Of a DNA stretch of 64,000 bases, positions 37,793 to 48,031 are shown piece by piece; position 1 is the first letter of the stretch; each line of letters opens with the position of its first letter. The notes under the pieces were generated by a model. That model was given only the letters and a program-made list of their open reading frames with translations, was not told where the DNA came from and ran no database searches. The position numbers were made by a program, and so were the translations under genes. Source of the DNA: Veillonella parvula (GTDB lineage: Bacteria > Bacillota > Negativicutes > Veillonellales > Veillonellaceae); the NCBI GenBank assembly GCA_018382475.1, contig JAGZPX010000002.1:251525-315524 (forward strand), read 5' to 3'.

Positions 37793-40201
37793 ATGTATTT
37801 ACTGTATACATGTATAAAAGGAGGCCTAATGGCACAGTACTTTACGGAACGCCTGCAAAAGGTCTTCCACATGATTTTTACATCCTATAATCAAAAACTG
37901 GCTCAAGAAGGCTTACGTCAATTGGAGCTCATCGTCAATAATCAGCAAAATCCCAGTCAACTAAAAGATAGCGCCTTACGAAATGACAAGACAAGCCGTC
38001 TTGAAAGTGATATAGACAATAAAGAGGATGCTCTCAAGATAGCCAATGATCCAGAGGCTCGAGAGCTAGGTGACGCCTATGCACTCTTGGCACGCGTCTA
38101 TGCAGGCCCTCGCTTTACCTGGGAAGAGTCTAACTTCCCAGAGGATAATATGCGCACCTATCAATGCTTGCATGATAGCATTCGCCGCTGTAGCCCTATC
38201 GGCACATTACAAGCTTTGCGCATCAAAGGCTCCATCACCCCTACCCTGGAGAAGGATATGCAAATTTCCTTCGACGAAGCATTTCGCATTGTCTATGATT
38301 ACGCAAACCAAGGCGATGCATATTGCCAATATGTTATAGGCAATGTCTTTTTCTGGCGTGATGACAATCGCATCGACTCAGCAGAGGCTATGCTAACACC
38401 ACCGCCTATGAGTTGGACTAAACGCATTCAAAGAAGCCTTACAGCAAACTCTGTGCAGGATCGTATCGCCGCCTTACAAGGCACTGTGCCAGACGAAACA
38501 TTGCAAGAAAATGCTTCTAATCTGGCTAAGAAATGGTTTAATAAGGCCCTCGACAACGGTCTTGCTATGTTCCAAGGGAACTTGCGCAATATCTATATCG
38601 ACGAAGCCGATTTCAGCAATGCGCGCCGTGTTGCTAGGACCGCGGCCGACCTTGGCAACCCTGCTATGATGTTATATACAGGCCTCGACTGCCACGAAAA
38701 TGGTAAATTTGAGGATGCTTTCACGTGGTTCACTAAAGGTGCCGCCTTAGGTCAATCTGAAAGCATCGCAGAATTAGCGGATTATTACTATCATTTCTAT
38801 GATGCTAAAGCGTTACGTTCTACGATTCCCTACGATCCGGTAAAGGCTATCGGTCTCTACCGCCGTGCAGCAACAAAAGAGTTTAGTGATGCAGGGTACA
38901 CCGCCTTACAGGCAGCCTTTGGCTACATCTTTCACATAGGCCACCTCCCTCTTGACTGGGGTCTCATTGCAGACTTAACGCATATGGCGGCCACAAAAGA
39001 TCGCTTCATATTCGCTTTGCCCTATATCGGATACATGCGAATCCACGGTTTAGGGGTAACGAAAAATATACGCTTTGGTGTGCAATCGTTACTACGTGTC
39101 TTAGACGAGGAACAACGAGCCTTTGAAGAGGAGAATCGCGTTCTTTTCTACGATATTACGCGCGCTTTAACACGCGTTGCCTTAGGTTATGCCTATGAAA
39201 AAGGCTATGTAACAGGCAAACCAGATTTAGATCAAGCCGTATCATATTACGAGCAATCCCATCAATATATCTTGTCTCATAAAGCCAATTTAGATCCGGA
39301 GCTAAAAGATATTCCTATCGATGATGAAGCAGAAGAACGCTTAGCCGCCTTTGAGGAGGTCGATGGTCACTGGCAATACAAAGAAGGTATTACCGAATCC
39401 ACTACTACGGTACGTCCTGCACCTACCAACTGGCCTCAAAATGCGGCCCGCTTATCTGTAACTATGGATGACTTCCTATGGGATACGACCTTGTACGACT
39501 GGCAAACCATTGAAACGGCCTTAGAGTCACAGGAAGAAATGAAGCTCAGCTTTTACAATCATTTCCTATCCGTTCCAGATACGTTGCGTAATATCTTTAA
39601 GGTCGATGTAAAACGGATGCTACGAGATCACTATCAAATAAGGCTACATGGTTATGATCCATCAGAAGGACACGAAATTATCTACAAGTCCATTTACGAC
39701 AAAGAAAATACCATAAACCTATTGAAAGAGCTTTACGATAATCATCAATTGCCTAATCTTAAAGATAATTGGACTATCGAAAAAAACGAAGAAAAACCAA
39801 CCTGGCACTACGTGCTCGATGTGGATCAACAACCGTTCTTGCTAGAGGAATACGACGATGCAAACGCTATGATTCAGGCTGCCTTACAAGGATTAAAAGA
39901 GAAAAAGTACGAACAAATTAATATTCGCACCCATGACTTTGTGGGTCCATCCTATTTCATTTTCAAAGGCAATCAGTCGGCCCCATTTAGGGTGCAGCTC
40001 TATCTGAAAGAGTCCGCCCGTCATACCATTGATGACGATGGAAACCAACAAGACACGCCTGGTAAGACCTACTTATTTGAACAATATGTGGGAAACGAAG
40101 TGTCCTTAAACTATTGGATTCAAAAAACGATAAATACCTTGGAAATCCCTGAACTAGATAATTGGAAACAGTTAACAGTACCAAAGGATTTACAAACATA
40201 A
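37793..40201 (+). CDS. large Sel1/TPR-like repeat protein, function unknown
   Basis: Several Sel1-like units (AKKWFNKALDNGLAMFQGNLRNIY; FTWFTKGAALGQSESIAELADYYY). About 790 aa from the likely start at ~37829 (RBS aaggagg). Confidence 0.45.
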   Translation: MYLLYTCIKGGLMAQYFTERLQKVFHMIFTSYNQKLAQEGLRQLELIVNNQQNPSQLKDSALRNDKTSRLESDIDNKEDALKIANDPEARELGDAYALLARVYAGPRFTWEESNFPEDNMRTYQCLHDSIRRCSPIGTLQALRIKGSITPTLEKDMQISFDEAFRIVYDYANQGDAYCQYVIGNVFFWRDDNRIDSAEAMLTPPPMSWTKRIQRSLTANSVQDRIAALQGTVPDETLQENASNLAKKWFNKALDNGLAMFQGNLRNIYIDEADFSNARRVARTAADLGNPAMMLYTGLDCHENGKFEDAFTWFTKGAALGQSESIAELADYYYHFYDAKALRSTIPYDPVKAIGLYRRAATKEFSDAGYTALQAAFGYIFHIGHLPLDWGLIADLTHMAATKDRFIFALPYIGYMRIHGLGVTKNIRFGVQSLLRVLDEEQRAFEEENRVLFYDITRALTRVALGYAYEKGYVTGKPDLDQAVSYYEQSHQYILSHKANLDPELKDIPIDDEAEERLAAFEEVDGHWQYKEGITESTTTVRPAPTNWPQNAARLSVTMDDFLWDTTLYDWQTIETALESQEEMKLSFYNHFLSVPDTLRNIFKVDVKRMLRDHYQIRLHGYDPSEGHEIIYKSIYDKENTINLLKELYDNHQLPNLKDNWTIEKNEEKPTWHYVLDVDQQPFLLEEYDDANAMIQAALQGLKEKKYEQINIRTHDFVGPSYFIFKGNQSAPFRVQLYLKESARHTIDDDGNQQDTPGKTYLFEQYVGNEVSLNYWIQKTINTLEIPELDNWKQLTVPKDLQT

Positions 40202-40283
40202 AAAAGACCATCCCCAGTGAACTGTACCCCAAAAATTGGACACAATTTTTGGAAGCGAAGTTCAACAGGATGGTCTTTTTTTA
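40201..40283. terminator. bidirectional terminator between the Sel1-like gene and ileS; contains copy 2 of the palindromic element
   Basis: Outer stem aaaaagaccatcc ... ggatggtcttttttt. Inner palindrome ccccaaaaattggacacaatttttgg. Confidence 0.55.
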
Positions 40284-43118
40284 TTATAATGTTTTTACAA
40301 CGCTAGCACAGCGTGCACAAAGTGTAGGATGTGCGCTATCTTGACCTACTGTATCGCGGTGGATCCAGCAGCGTTCACATTTTTCGAGACCAGAGACAAC
40401 AACAACTGTGGCAACGCCAGTTTCTTCGTCTTTTACAGCCTCTGCCGGTGCAGCGCCGTTCACAATGTGAGCTTCGGATACAATAACGAGTTTAGCCAAG
40501 CCTTCTTCACCAAGGGCGTTCAATGCATCAAATGCAGCACCTTTAGCGTATACTGTAACGGATGCATCTAATGGATGACCGATTGTTTTGTCTTGACGAG
40601 CAAGTTCCAATGCTTTTTGTACAGATGTACGCAAGTCTAACAATTGGTTCCATTTGTCAGCCAATTCTTGGTTGAAATGTTCTGGATGACCTTGTGGCCA
40701 ATCTTGAAGCATAACGGATTCGCGCATGCCCTCTTCTTTAGGCATGTATTTCCAAACTTCTTCCGCTGTGAAAGAAAGTACTGGAGATACCATGGCTACC
40801 AATGTTTTCAAGATTTCATACATCGCTGTTTGAGCAGAACGACGAGCTACGTCGTTTTTGCTTTCAGCATACATTGTATCTTTCATTACATCAAGATAGA
40901 TGGAGCTCAAGTCTACGGTGCAGAAGTTATGAATTGCATGGTACAACATATGGAATTCATAGTTTTCGTACGCATCAGTAACCTTTTGACGTACTTCTTC
41001 TAAGCGCAACAAAGCCCATTTATCGAATTCGGACATATCTGCGTAAGCCACTTTATCGGTATTCGGATTGAAGTCATCCAAGTTGCCGAGCAAGAAACGG
41101 AATGTATTACGTATCTTACGATATACTTCGGATAATTGTTTTACGATGTCTTTGGACAAGCGTACGTCTGCTTGGTAATCTGCGGAAGATACCCACAAAC
41201 GCATTACATCGGCGCCATATACGTCGATGATGTCGCTTGGAGCTACTGTATTACCTACAGATTTAGACATTTTGCGACCTTCGCCGTCCACAACGAAACC
41301 GTGAGTCAATACGGAGTTATATGGTGCTTTACCAGTTGTGGCTACTGCAGTCAACAAGGAAGAGTTAAACCAACCGCGATGTTGGTCAGAACCTTCAAGG
41401 TACATAGCACATGGTACGTCAAGATCATTAACTTCGAGCACGCCAGCCCAAGAGGAACCAGAGTCGAACCATACGTCCATGATGTCTGTTTCTTTTTTGA
41501 ACTCATCATGACCGCAATGAGGACATTTGAAACCTTCTGGTAATAATTCCTTAGCGCTGTGAGCCCACCAAGCATCGGAGCCTTCTACGGCTACTTTTTC
41601 TTGTAATGCTTTGATAGTATCATCGTTGATGATGTGCTCGCCACAGCTTTCACAATAGTAAATAGGAATTGGCACGCCCCAAATACGTTGACGAGAAATT
41701 ACCCAGTCACCACGGTCGCGCACCATGTTGAAGATGCGGTCATGGCCCCATTTAGGAATCCATTGCACTTGGTTGTCGATTGCATCAAGCGCTTGTTGAC
41801 GGTACCCATCTACAGAGGAGAACCATTGTTCTGTAGCGCGATAGATGACAGGATTTTTACAACGCCAGCAGTGAGCGTATTGGTGACGCAAGCTAGATTT
41901 GTGAAGCAATGCATTATTGTGCGCCAAGATTTTAATAACAGGCACCTCTGCATCGTGAATTTCCACGCCAGCCAATGGGAATTCAGTATCGCCATAACGG
42001 TTGTCGTCTACTTGTTTTGTGTAGTTACCAGTTTCATTAACAAGAGATACGATAGGAAGTTCAGTTTTGCCTTCCTTGTTATAACGCATAACGATGTTAA
42101 AGTCATCTTCACCGTGTGCAGGTGCTGTATGTACGCAACCAGTACCTGCTTCAAGTGTTACATGGTCACCACACAATACTGTAGCATTACGTTCAACAAA
42201 TGGATGTTTGAATTCAGCCAATTCTAAATCTGCACCAGAGAAGCGATTTATGATTTCATAGTCTTCGATACCGATATCTTTCATCGCCGCATCAACTAGC
42301 TCAGTAGCCATCAAGTAATATTCTTCGCCTACTTTTACCCAGCCATATTCAAGCTCAGGGTTAACGGAGATTGCTACGTTGGCAGGCATTGTCCAAGGAG
42401 TAGTTGTCCAGATAACAGCATATGCTTGTTTAGGATCTACGCCAGCTGGCAATGTCACCTTTTTCTCGGATACGTAAGGGAATTTTACGTAGATGGAGAA
42501 AGATTTTTTCTCAGCGTATTCGATTTCTGCTTCTGCCAATGCAGTTTCACAGTGAGTACACCAGTATACAGTTTTAAGACCTTTATAGATGTGGCCGCGT
42601 TTTGCCATTTCGCCGAAGATACCAAGTTGTTTTACTTCGAACTCAGGGCGCAATGTCAAATACGGACGATCCCATTCGCCTAATACACCAAAACGAATGA
42701 AGTCTTGTTTTTGTGTTTCTACACACTCCAATGCATATTCCTTACATTTATTGCGCAAGTCCAATGGAGCCATTTCATGACGGTTAAGACCTGTGTTTTT
42801 GATAACCGCATGCTCGATTGGCAAACCATGCGTATCCCAACCAGGAATGTAGCGAGTATAATGACCAGTCATCGTTTTGTATTTCATGATGATGTCCTTC
42901 AACGTTTTGTTGAGGGCATGACCGATGTGCAATTTACCGTTAGCATATGGAGGACCATCATGCAAAATAAATGGCTTTGCGTCTTTACGCAATTCCAAAC
43001 GTTTTTGATAAATTTTGTTGTCTTCCCAGAATTTTAAGATTTCTGGTTCGCGCTTAGGCAAATTGCCGCGCATTGGGAATTCTGTTTCAGGCAAATGTAA
43101 CGTCTTACCGTAATCCAT
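40284..43118 (-). CDS. ileS: isoleucine--tRNA ligase
   Basis: HIGH (PYANGKLHIGHALN) and KMSKS motifs, a C-terminal zinc-finger CxxC pair, 944 aa. Confidence 0.95.
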   Translation of the reverse strand: MDYGKTLHLPETEFPMRGNLPKREPEILKFWEDNKIYQKRLELRKDAKPFILHDGPPYANGKLHIGHALNKTLKDIIMKYKTMTGHYTRYIPGWDTHGLPIEHAVIKNTGLNRHEMAPLDLRNKCKEYALECVETQKQDFIRFGVLGEWDRPYLTLRPEFEVKQLGIFGEMAKRGHIYKGLKTVYWCTHCETALAEAEIEYAEKKSFSIYVKFPYVSEKKVTLPAGVDPKQAYAVIWTTTPWTMPANVAISVNPELEYGWVKVGEEYYLMATELVDAAMKDIGIEDYEIINRFSGADLELAEFKHPFVERNATVLCGDHVTLEAGTGCVHTAPAHGEDDFNIVMRYNKEGKTELPIVSLVNETGNYTKQVDDNRYGDTEFPLAGVEIHDAEVPVIKILAHNNALLHKSSLRHQYAHCWRCKNPVIYRATEQWFSSVDGYRQQALDAIDNQVQWIPKWGHDRIFNMVRDRGDWVISRQRIWGVPIPIYYCESCGEHIINDDTIKALQEKVAVEGSDAWWAHSAKELLPEGFKCPHCGHDEFKKETDIMDVWFDSGSSWAGVLEVNDLDVPCAMYLEGSDQHRGWFNSSLLTAVATTGKAPYNSVLTHGFVVDGEGRKMSKSVGNTVAPSDIIDVYGADVMRLWVSSADYQADVRLSKDIVKQLSEVYRKIRNTFRFLLGNLDDFNPNTDKVAYADMSEFDKWALLRLEEVRQKVTDAYENYEFHMLYHAIHNFCTVDLSSIYLDVMKDTMYAESKNDVARRSAQTAMYEILKTLVAMVSPVLSFTAEEVWKYMPKEEGMRESVMLQDWPQGHPEHFNQELADKWNQLLDLRTSVQKALELARQDKTIGHPLDASVTVYAKGAAFDALNALGEEGLAKLVIVSEAHIVNGAAPAEAVKDEETGVATVVVVSGLEKCERCWIHRDTVGQDSAHPTLCARCASVVKTL

Positions 43119-43420
43119 GATGTGCTCCTTTTACATAAAAAAATCGCCCGCCCCCGAAGGGACGGACGTAATATCCGTGGTACCACCCTACTGACTCTCG
43201 TTACTAGTGAAAGCTAACGCCACCGCAACTGCGTTTGTCACCCCATGCTAACACATGATTGTAACACATAAGACGCAACTCATCACGTAAACTGTGAAAG
43301 CCACTTAGACATATAACGGTGTTCACCGGCGGCATTGCCGCTTGCTCCAAAGTGATCCGCACATCTCTAGATTTCCAAACCTTTCAGCCCATGAGTTTGG
43401 TCTCTACAAAATCCGCCTGA
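43119..43420 (-). ncRNA. T-box riboswitch leader of ileS
   Basis: Minus-strand T-box sequence AGUAGGGUGGUACCACGG followed by a terminator (CGUCCGUCCCUUCGGGGGCGGGCG plus U7) directly upstream of the ileS ATG. A stem I-like AGAGA element lies upstream. Confidence 0.7.
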
Positions 43421-43580
43421 GACATGCCGTCTTTTTCAACGCAATATTCATATAATAGATAATTATAGGACTCACCAGGGGGAATTGTCAAATACTTCAT
43501 TTCTAAGTTTAACAAAACTTTTTTTCTCATTAAGCAAAAGAAAAAGCCTACTTATGTAGGCTTTATTGTATATACAATTA

Positions 43581-44105
43581 TTAGATTGCACTCATGAGAA
43601 TTAATTCAAGAATAATAATTGCAATGCACACGTACATGAATTTACGATCCATGTCGTCAGTTGGAGTTTCTTTAAGACCAGTGCGAGCAGCTTCTTCAGC
43701 AGTAATTACTTCATAGCTCATTGGAGATCCATATTGGTTATCACCTTCATCACCCTTTTGAGCGAGTAGATAAATAACATAGATAATACCAAATGGAATC
43801 AAGCTAATCAAAAGCATCCAACCACTTTTACCAATGTCATGTAAACGACGAGCAGCAAGACCAATGGAAGGCAATAGAATTGCAAGATTATATACTATAG
43901 AAATAAGACCTACAACACTTGCTAGCGCAGTATCCATTACAAGGGCACTCAATACATTGAAGATACCAGCAATAACAATTGTGATACCATAGAAACGCCA
44001 ATATTCACTGCGGCTTGCACGACCTTTGAAATTAGCATAATTACCCATAATCGTATGTTTAAAATTATCTACATACGAAAGATTTTTGATAGACAAATCA
44101 GTCAT
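43581..44105 (-). CDS. DUF805 family inner-membrane protein
   Basis: Hallmark NYANFKGRASRSEYWRF and RRLHDIGKSGWM motifs. 174 aa. Confidence 0.75.
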   Translation of the reverse strand: MTDLSIKNLSYVDNFKHTIMGNYANFKGRASRSEYWRFYGITIVIAGIFNVLSALVMDTALASVVGLISIVYNLAILLPSIGLAARRLHDIGKSGWMLLISLIPFGIIYVIYLLAQKGDEGDNQYGSPMSYEVITAEEAARTGLKETPTDDMDRKFMYVCIAIIILELILMSAI

Positions 44106-44244
44106 AATCTTCTCTCCTCTAGAAATAACAAATAAATTCTTCTTGAAAATATTATATCATTACTGTTGACGATTTTGAAAATCAATGTCTATATGTTTTG
44201 GGAATAACCTATGCTTTATATTTCATTATAGGATACATCATAAA

Positions 44245-44880
44245 CTACATCGCACTAGTCATAAGTAGTTTATCTACCAAGAACCAGAGTACAAAGATAG
44301 CGCAGAATAGTCCTGCAGTTAATCCCATAGATGGCGTAGTATCAATAAGACCTAATTCACGGGCCATTTGTTTTGTTACAACCACTTGACCTGTAGGGGT
44401 CCCAAAGCGATTTGGTTGACTTTCACCAGGCAGAGCCATAAGGATCAACAGGATAATAGTCCCTATCACAGGGATGAATCCAATAAATACGAGTCCCCCT
44501 GAGCGGCCTTGATCGTGTAGACGTCGTACTGAAACGGCCACGCCCGGGATTACCATAATCACGGATAAAAGGACAAGAATGACCAAGCCAAAACCTACGC
44601 CTACTACGCTAGATAGTGGGCTAATATAGCTCAAAAAAGCACAAGTAAATAGAATGGCCACAAACAACAATTGATAGACTAACAAGAAATGCCAATATTC
44701 ACTACGACTTGCACGACCATCAAAATCAGCATATTTATAAACCAAACATTGTTTAAAGTTTTCAATCAAGCCTAGATTGTATTTATCTAACGAGATTTGT
44801 GGTCTACTAACATGCCCACACTCTGGGCAGTAACAATCTGTTTTCAACACTGCATGTCCACAATAGGGACAAGATTTCAT
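44245..44880 (-). CDS. DUF805 family membrane protein with an N-terminal double zinc ribbon
   Basis: CPYCGH...CPECGH followed by DFDGRASRSEYWHF and RRLHDQGRSG. Confidence 0.75.
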   Translation of the reverse strand: MKSCPYCGHAVLKTDCYCPECGHVSRPQISLDKYNLGLIENFKQCLVYKYADFDGRASRSEYWHFLLVYQLLFVAILFTCAFLSYISPLSSVVGVGFGLVILVLLSVIMVIPGVAVSVRRLHDQGRSGGLVFIGFIPVIGTIILLILMALPGESQPNRFGTPTGQVVVTKQMARELGLIDTTPSMGLTAGLFCAIFVLWFLVDKLLMTSAM

Positions 44881-45098
44881 AATAAACTCCTTCTAGCTAC
44901 AAACAGAAATCAGCAAAGATTACGATGTCCTGCTGTACTTAACACATATAACAACTAAGATATTCTTTATTTATTAATATCTAAGTTTTTAAATTCATCT
45001 GAAATTCATTTTACTATAAAGTGTTATATTGTCTATAAAGGAGATGTTAAACTTTTATAAAATAAAATAATGAGATTGTTAATAAATACAGGTATCTA

Positions 45099-45668
45099 TT
45101 ACATGTATCCATTCCCATTAATTCCATACCATAATATCTCTCTAATGATATCGGCAATAATAATAGATTGGATAATAAAGATGGCAATCCCCATCGCCCA
45201 ATCTTGACGACGGGATGGAGTTTCTTCTAGTCCTGTAGCCTTGCTAACCTCAGGAGTAATAGGTGTATAGCCGGTTCTTTCACCATATGAATTCTCTCTT
45301 TGATCGCCACGACGCAATTCGTAAATGAGAAATATAAAGAATCCTATAACAGGAATAAATGAGATTAGCTGCGTCCAACCACTCCGGCCAATATCATGCA
45401 TACGCCTCACTGTGATAGCTATATTGGGAACTATAAAGAAAAGGGATACCCCTACAGCAATATTATCGATAAGCGTTTCATAATTAGGGAAGCCCAAGAT
45501 ACTACAAAGTAAAGCTAAAATGCCAAGTAATCCTTGTATCAATGTAACGCCTGCCACGAATCGCCAATATTCACTACGACTAGCACGACCATTAAAATTA
45601 GCATAGTTTCTAATGCCTAATTTGAAGGCATCGGTATAATTCAAATCATATATATTTATGGTTGACAT
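45099..45668 (-). CDS. DUF805 family membrane protein
   Basis: NYANFNGRASRSEYWRF and RRMHDIGRSGW motifs. 189 aa. Confidence 0.75.
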   Translation of the reverse strand: MSTINIYDLNYTDAFKLGIRNYANFNGRASRSEYWRFVAGVTLIQGLLGILALLCSILGFPNYETLIDNIAVGVSLFFIVPNIAITVRRMHDIGRSGWTQLISFIPVIGFFIFLIYELRRGDQRENSYGERTGYTPITPEVSKATGLEETPSRRQDWAMGIAIFIIQSIIIADIIREILWYGINGNGYM

Positions 45669-45671
45669 AAC

Positions 45672-46559
45672 CTAATCCTCCTCCGCGGCTTCAATAGCAA
45701 CAATGCCCCAGCCTTTGCCTTCATTATGCAAACGAACTAATACGGGCTCTAGATTATCTTCAAAGGTAATGGTAAAGCCCATATAGTTTACAACAATATC
45801 ATCATCTTGGTCTTGGGAAACATAGTCAAGCTGTATCGCTTTCACCTTAGGAACCTCTTCCTTAGTCATGGCTTGTTCCCATAGTTCAAAGGTACCATAT
45901 CGTTCCATAGCACGAGTGCTCAAATAACGATATGCACCATGATAATCCTTTTTATTGAGAGCTTCATAATAATTACTTACCACAGTACGCCCCTCTGTTG
46001 TAGCCGTTTCACTTTGTAAAAGACGATTTGCTTGTTTCGTTAACGAACTAGGTTCTAAATTGCCATAAGCAGTCTCCTCTACTATAAAATTATGATTAAT
46101 CATTGTACTACCTGCACTAATGGCTAGGCAGCCTAATACTAATATAGCCACGATAAAAAGGCCTGATACGGAACGTTTTTCCTCTAATCCATTAGATACA
46201 GGCGATGTGCGCTTACAGAATAGATACAATAATGCAAGCCAGCCTAAAATAGGAACCAAAAGCAAAATCATCAACGTTGGATCATTATTAGAGTCTCGTA
46301 ACCGTCTTGCCATTAGCATAATCTTCGGCAAGCATAACAGGATGGACAATACAAATAATACACCGCCACCAATAGATACAGCATAAAGAAATCCGTACGG
46401 TATGTAGGTTGCAAGCCCTGTAATACATATAATTAAGCCATATACAAGGGATATAGCACTTATGGTGAGCCAAAAATCGGCTGTATTGGTACGTCCCTTA
46501 CTGTTCGCATAGTTTTCCACTAGCTCACGATAGAGGATTTCGTATACTTTCTGTTTCAT
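45672..46559 (-). CDS. DUF805-like membrane protein fused to a C-terminal soluble (NTF2/SnoaL-like?) domain
   Basis: A divergent N-terminal DUF805 (GRTNTADFW ... ARRLRDSNNDPT) followed by a ~150-aa soluble domain. Confidence 0.6.
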   Translation of the reverse strand: MKQKVYEILYRELVENYANSKGRTNTADFWLTISAISLVYGLIICITGLATYIPYGFLYAVSIGGGVLFVLSILLCLPKIMLMARRLRDSNNDPTLMILLLVPILGWLALLYLFCKRTSPVSNGLEEKRSVSGLFIVAILVLGCLAISAGSTMINHNFIVEETAYGNLEPSSLTKQANRLLQSETATTEGRTVVSNYYEALNKKDYHGAYRYLSTRAMERYGTFELWEQAMTKEEVPKVKAIQLDYVSQDQDDDIVVNYMGFTITFEDNLEPVLVRLHNEGKGWGIVAIEAAEED

Positions 46560-46732
46560 AAAGCTCCTACTATAATCTTAGATAATATTAGATAATAAAC
46601 ATATATAGATATTCCTATTATACTATGATTTATCAACTTAGTTGATTCATTTTTTGTTCATGAAATCTACCTATACTACAGATATGTTTCTTACAACTAA
46701 AATTCGTGCAATTAATTATGCAGGAGATAATT

Positions 46733-47029
46733 ATGAAAGCTAAATTAATTAAAGCAGTAGCCTTGGCCAGTTTAGGTGCCTTCTTAACAGTTGGTATTGG
46801 TGCCAATGTAGCCCAAGCCAAAGATTATCACTTCAAAATCGGTGAAAACCATCGCATGGTAAAAAATGATGATGGCACAGTAGATAGCAGCGATCATCCA
46901 TGGTACAAAGTAAATGATAAAAAGAAAAAGCATAGAAAGCATAGAATATCTGAACGTGAAAAGCATGATAAAAATGCAACAGCAAAACGCAGCGAACGAC
47001 ACCAACGTTCTGAATCCTCTAATGACTAA
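46733..47029 (+). CDS. small secreted protein with a highly basic Lys/His/Arg-rich C-terminal tail
   Basis: Signal peptide MKAKLIKAVALASLGAFLTVGIGANVAQA, and the tail KKKKHRKHRISEREKHDKNATAKRSERHQRSE. RBS aggag. Confidence 0.4.
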   Translation: MKAKLIKAVALASLGAFLTVGIGANVAQAKDYHFKIGENHRMVKNDDGTVDSSDHPWYKVNDKKKKHRKHRISEREKHDKNATAKRSERHQRSESSND

Positions 47030-47127
47030 GTCTCGCTCCTGTGCCAAAACCACAAAAAGAGAACACATATAAAAAAGTGCATGCTCATCATAATCAACAT
47101 GCACATGAACAACATTAAATACCAAAT

Positions 47128-47175
47128 GAACTGCACCCCAAAAATTGAATTCAATTTTTGGGGTGCAGTTTTTCT
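47128..47175. terminator. bidirectional terminator; copy 3 of the palindromic element
   Basis: aactgcaccccaaaaattgaattcaatttttggggtgcagttttt. Confidence 0.6.
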
Positions 47176-47239
47176 ATGTCAAAATATTCTAAAAAATCTA
47201 AATGACTTACTAAAACCGGTATTTAAATGAAACCATTTA

Positions 47240-48031
47240 TTATACACTAGCCTTTAGAACAGCTTGTTTCATGGATTGTACGTAATCAAACAACGCTTGA
47301 TCCGCATGTTCACCGTGTTCTGCCACGATTTTAACGATGGCAGAGCCTACGATAGCACCGTCGGATACGCGCGCCATAGCTTCCGCTTGTTCTGGCTTAG
47401 AGATACCAAAACCAACAGCTACCGGGATATCCGTATATTTGCGAATCATTTCAACAATGGATTTAATATCCGTCTTAATTTCACTGCGCATGCCTGTAAC
47501 GCCAAGTGAGGATACACAGTATACAAAGCCTTCTGCGTCTTTGGCGATCATTTCGATGCGGTTTTCAGATGTTGGCGCAATTAAGGATACAACTTCAACA
47601 CCATGCTTATGAGCCACACTAGCGAGCTCGCCTTTTTCTTCAAATGGCATATCTGGTACGATAACACCAGAGATTCCCACCTCTTCACAGAGGGTAAAGA
47701 ATTTTTCACGACCAAATACATAAATAGGATTCAAATAGGTCATGAATACGAGCGGTATAGTCACCGCATCATCACCTGTACGCAGACGACGCACCATATC
47801 GAAGATATCATTGATTTTTACGCCTGTAGATAATGCGCGTGTACTTGCTTCTTGGATAACAGGGCCTTCTGCCGTAGGATCGGAGAAAGGAATACCGATT
47901 TCTACCATGTCGGCGCCGGCTTTCACCATAACGCGAATATAACGTTCTGTCGTCTCGATGCCGTGGTCACCAGCGCTGATGAACGGGATGAATGCCTTAC
48001 CCTTTGTGAAAGCGTCTTTAATTTTACTCAT
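47240..48031 (-). CDS. trpA: tryptophan synthase alpha chain
   Basis: TrpA blocks ([22 protein letters not shown]). 263 aa. It overlaps trpB by 8 nt. Confidence 0.9.
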   Translation of the reverse strand: MSKIKDAFTKGKAFIPFISAGDHGIETTERYIRVMVKAGADMVEIGIPFSDPTAEGPVIQEASTRALSTGVKINDIFDMVRRLRTGDDAVTIPLVFMTYLNPIYVFGREKFFTLCEEVGISGVIVPDMPFEEKGELASVAHKHGVEVVSLIAPTSENRIEMIAKDAEGFVYCVSSLGVTGMRSEIKTDIKSIVEMIRKYTDIPVAVGFGISKPEQAEAMARVSDGAIVGSAIVKIVAEHGEHADQALFDYVQSMKQAVLKASV

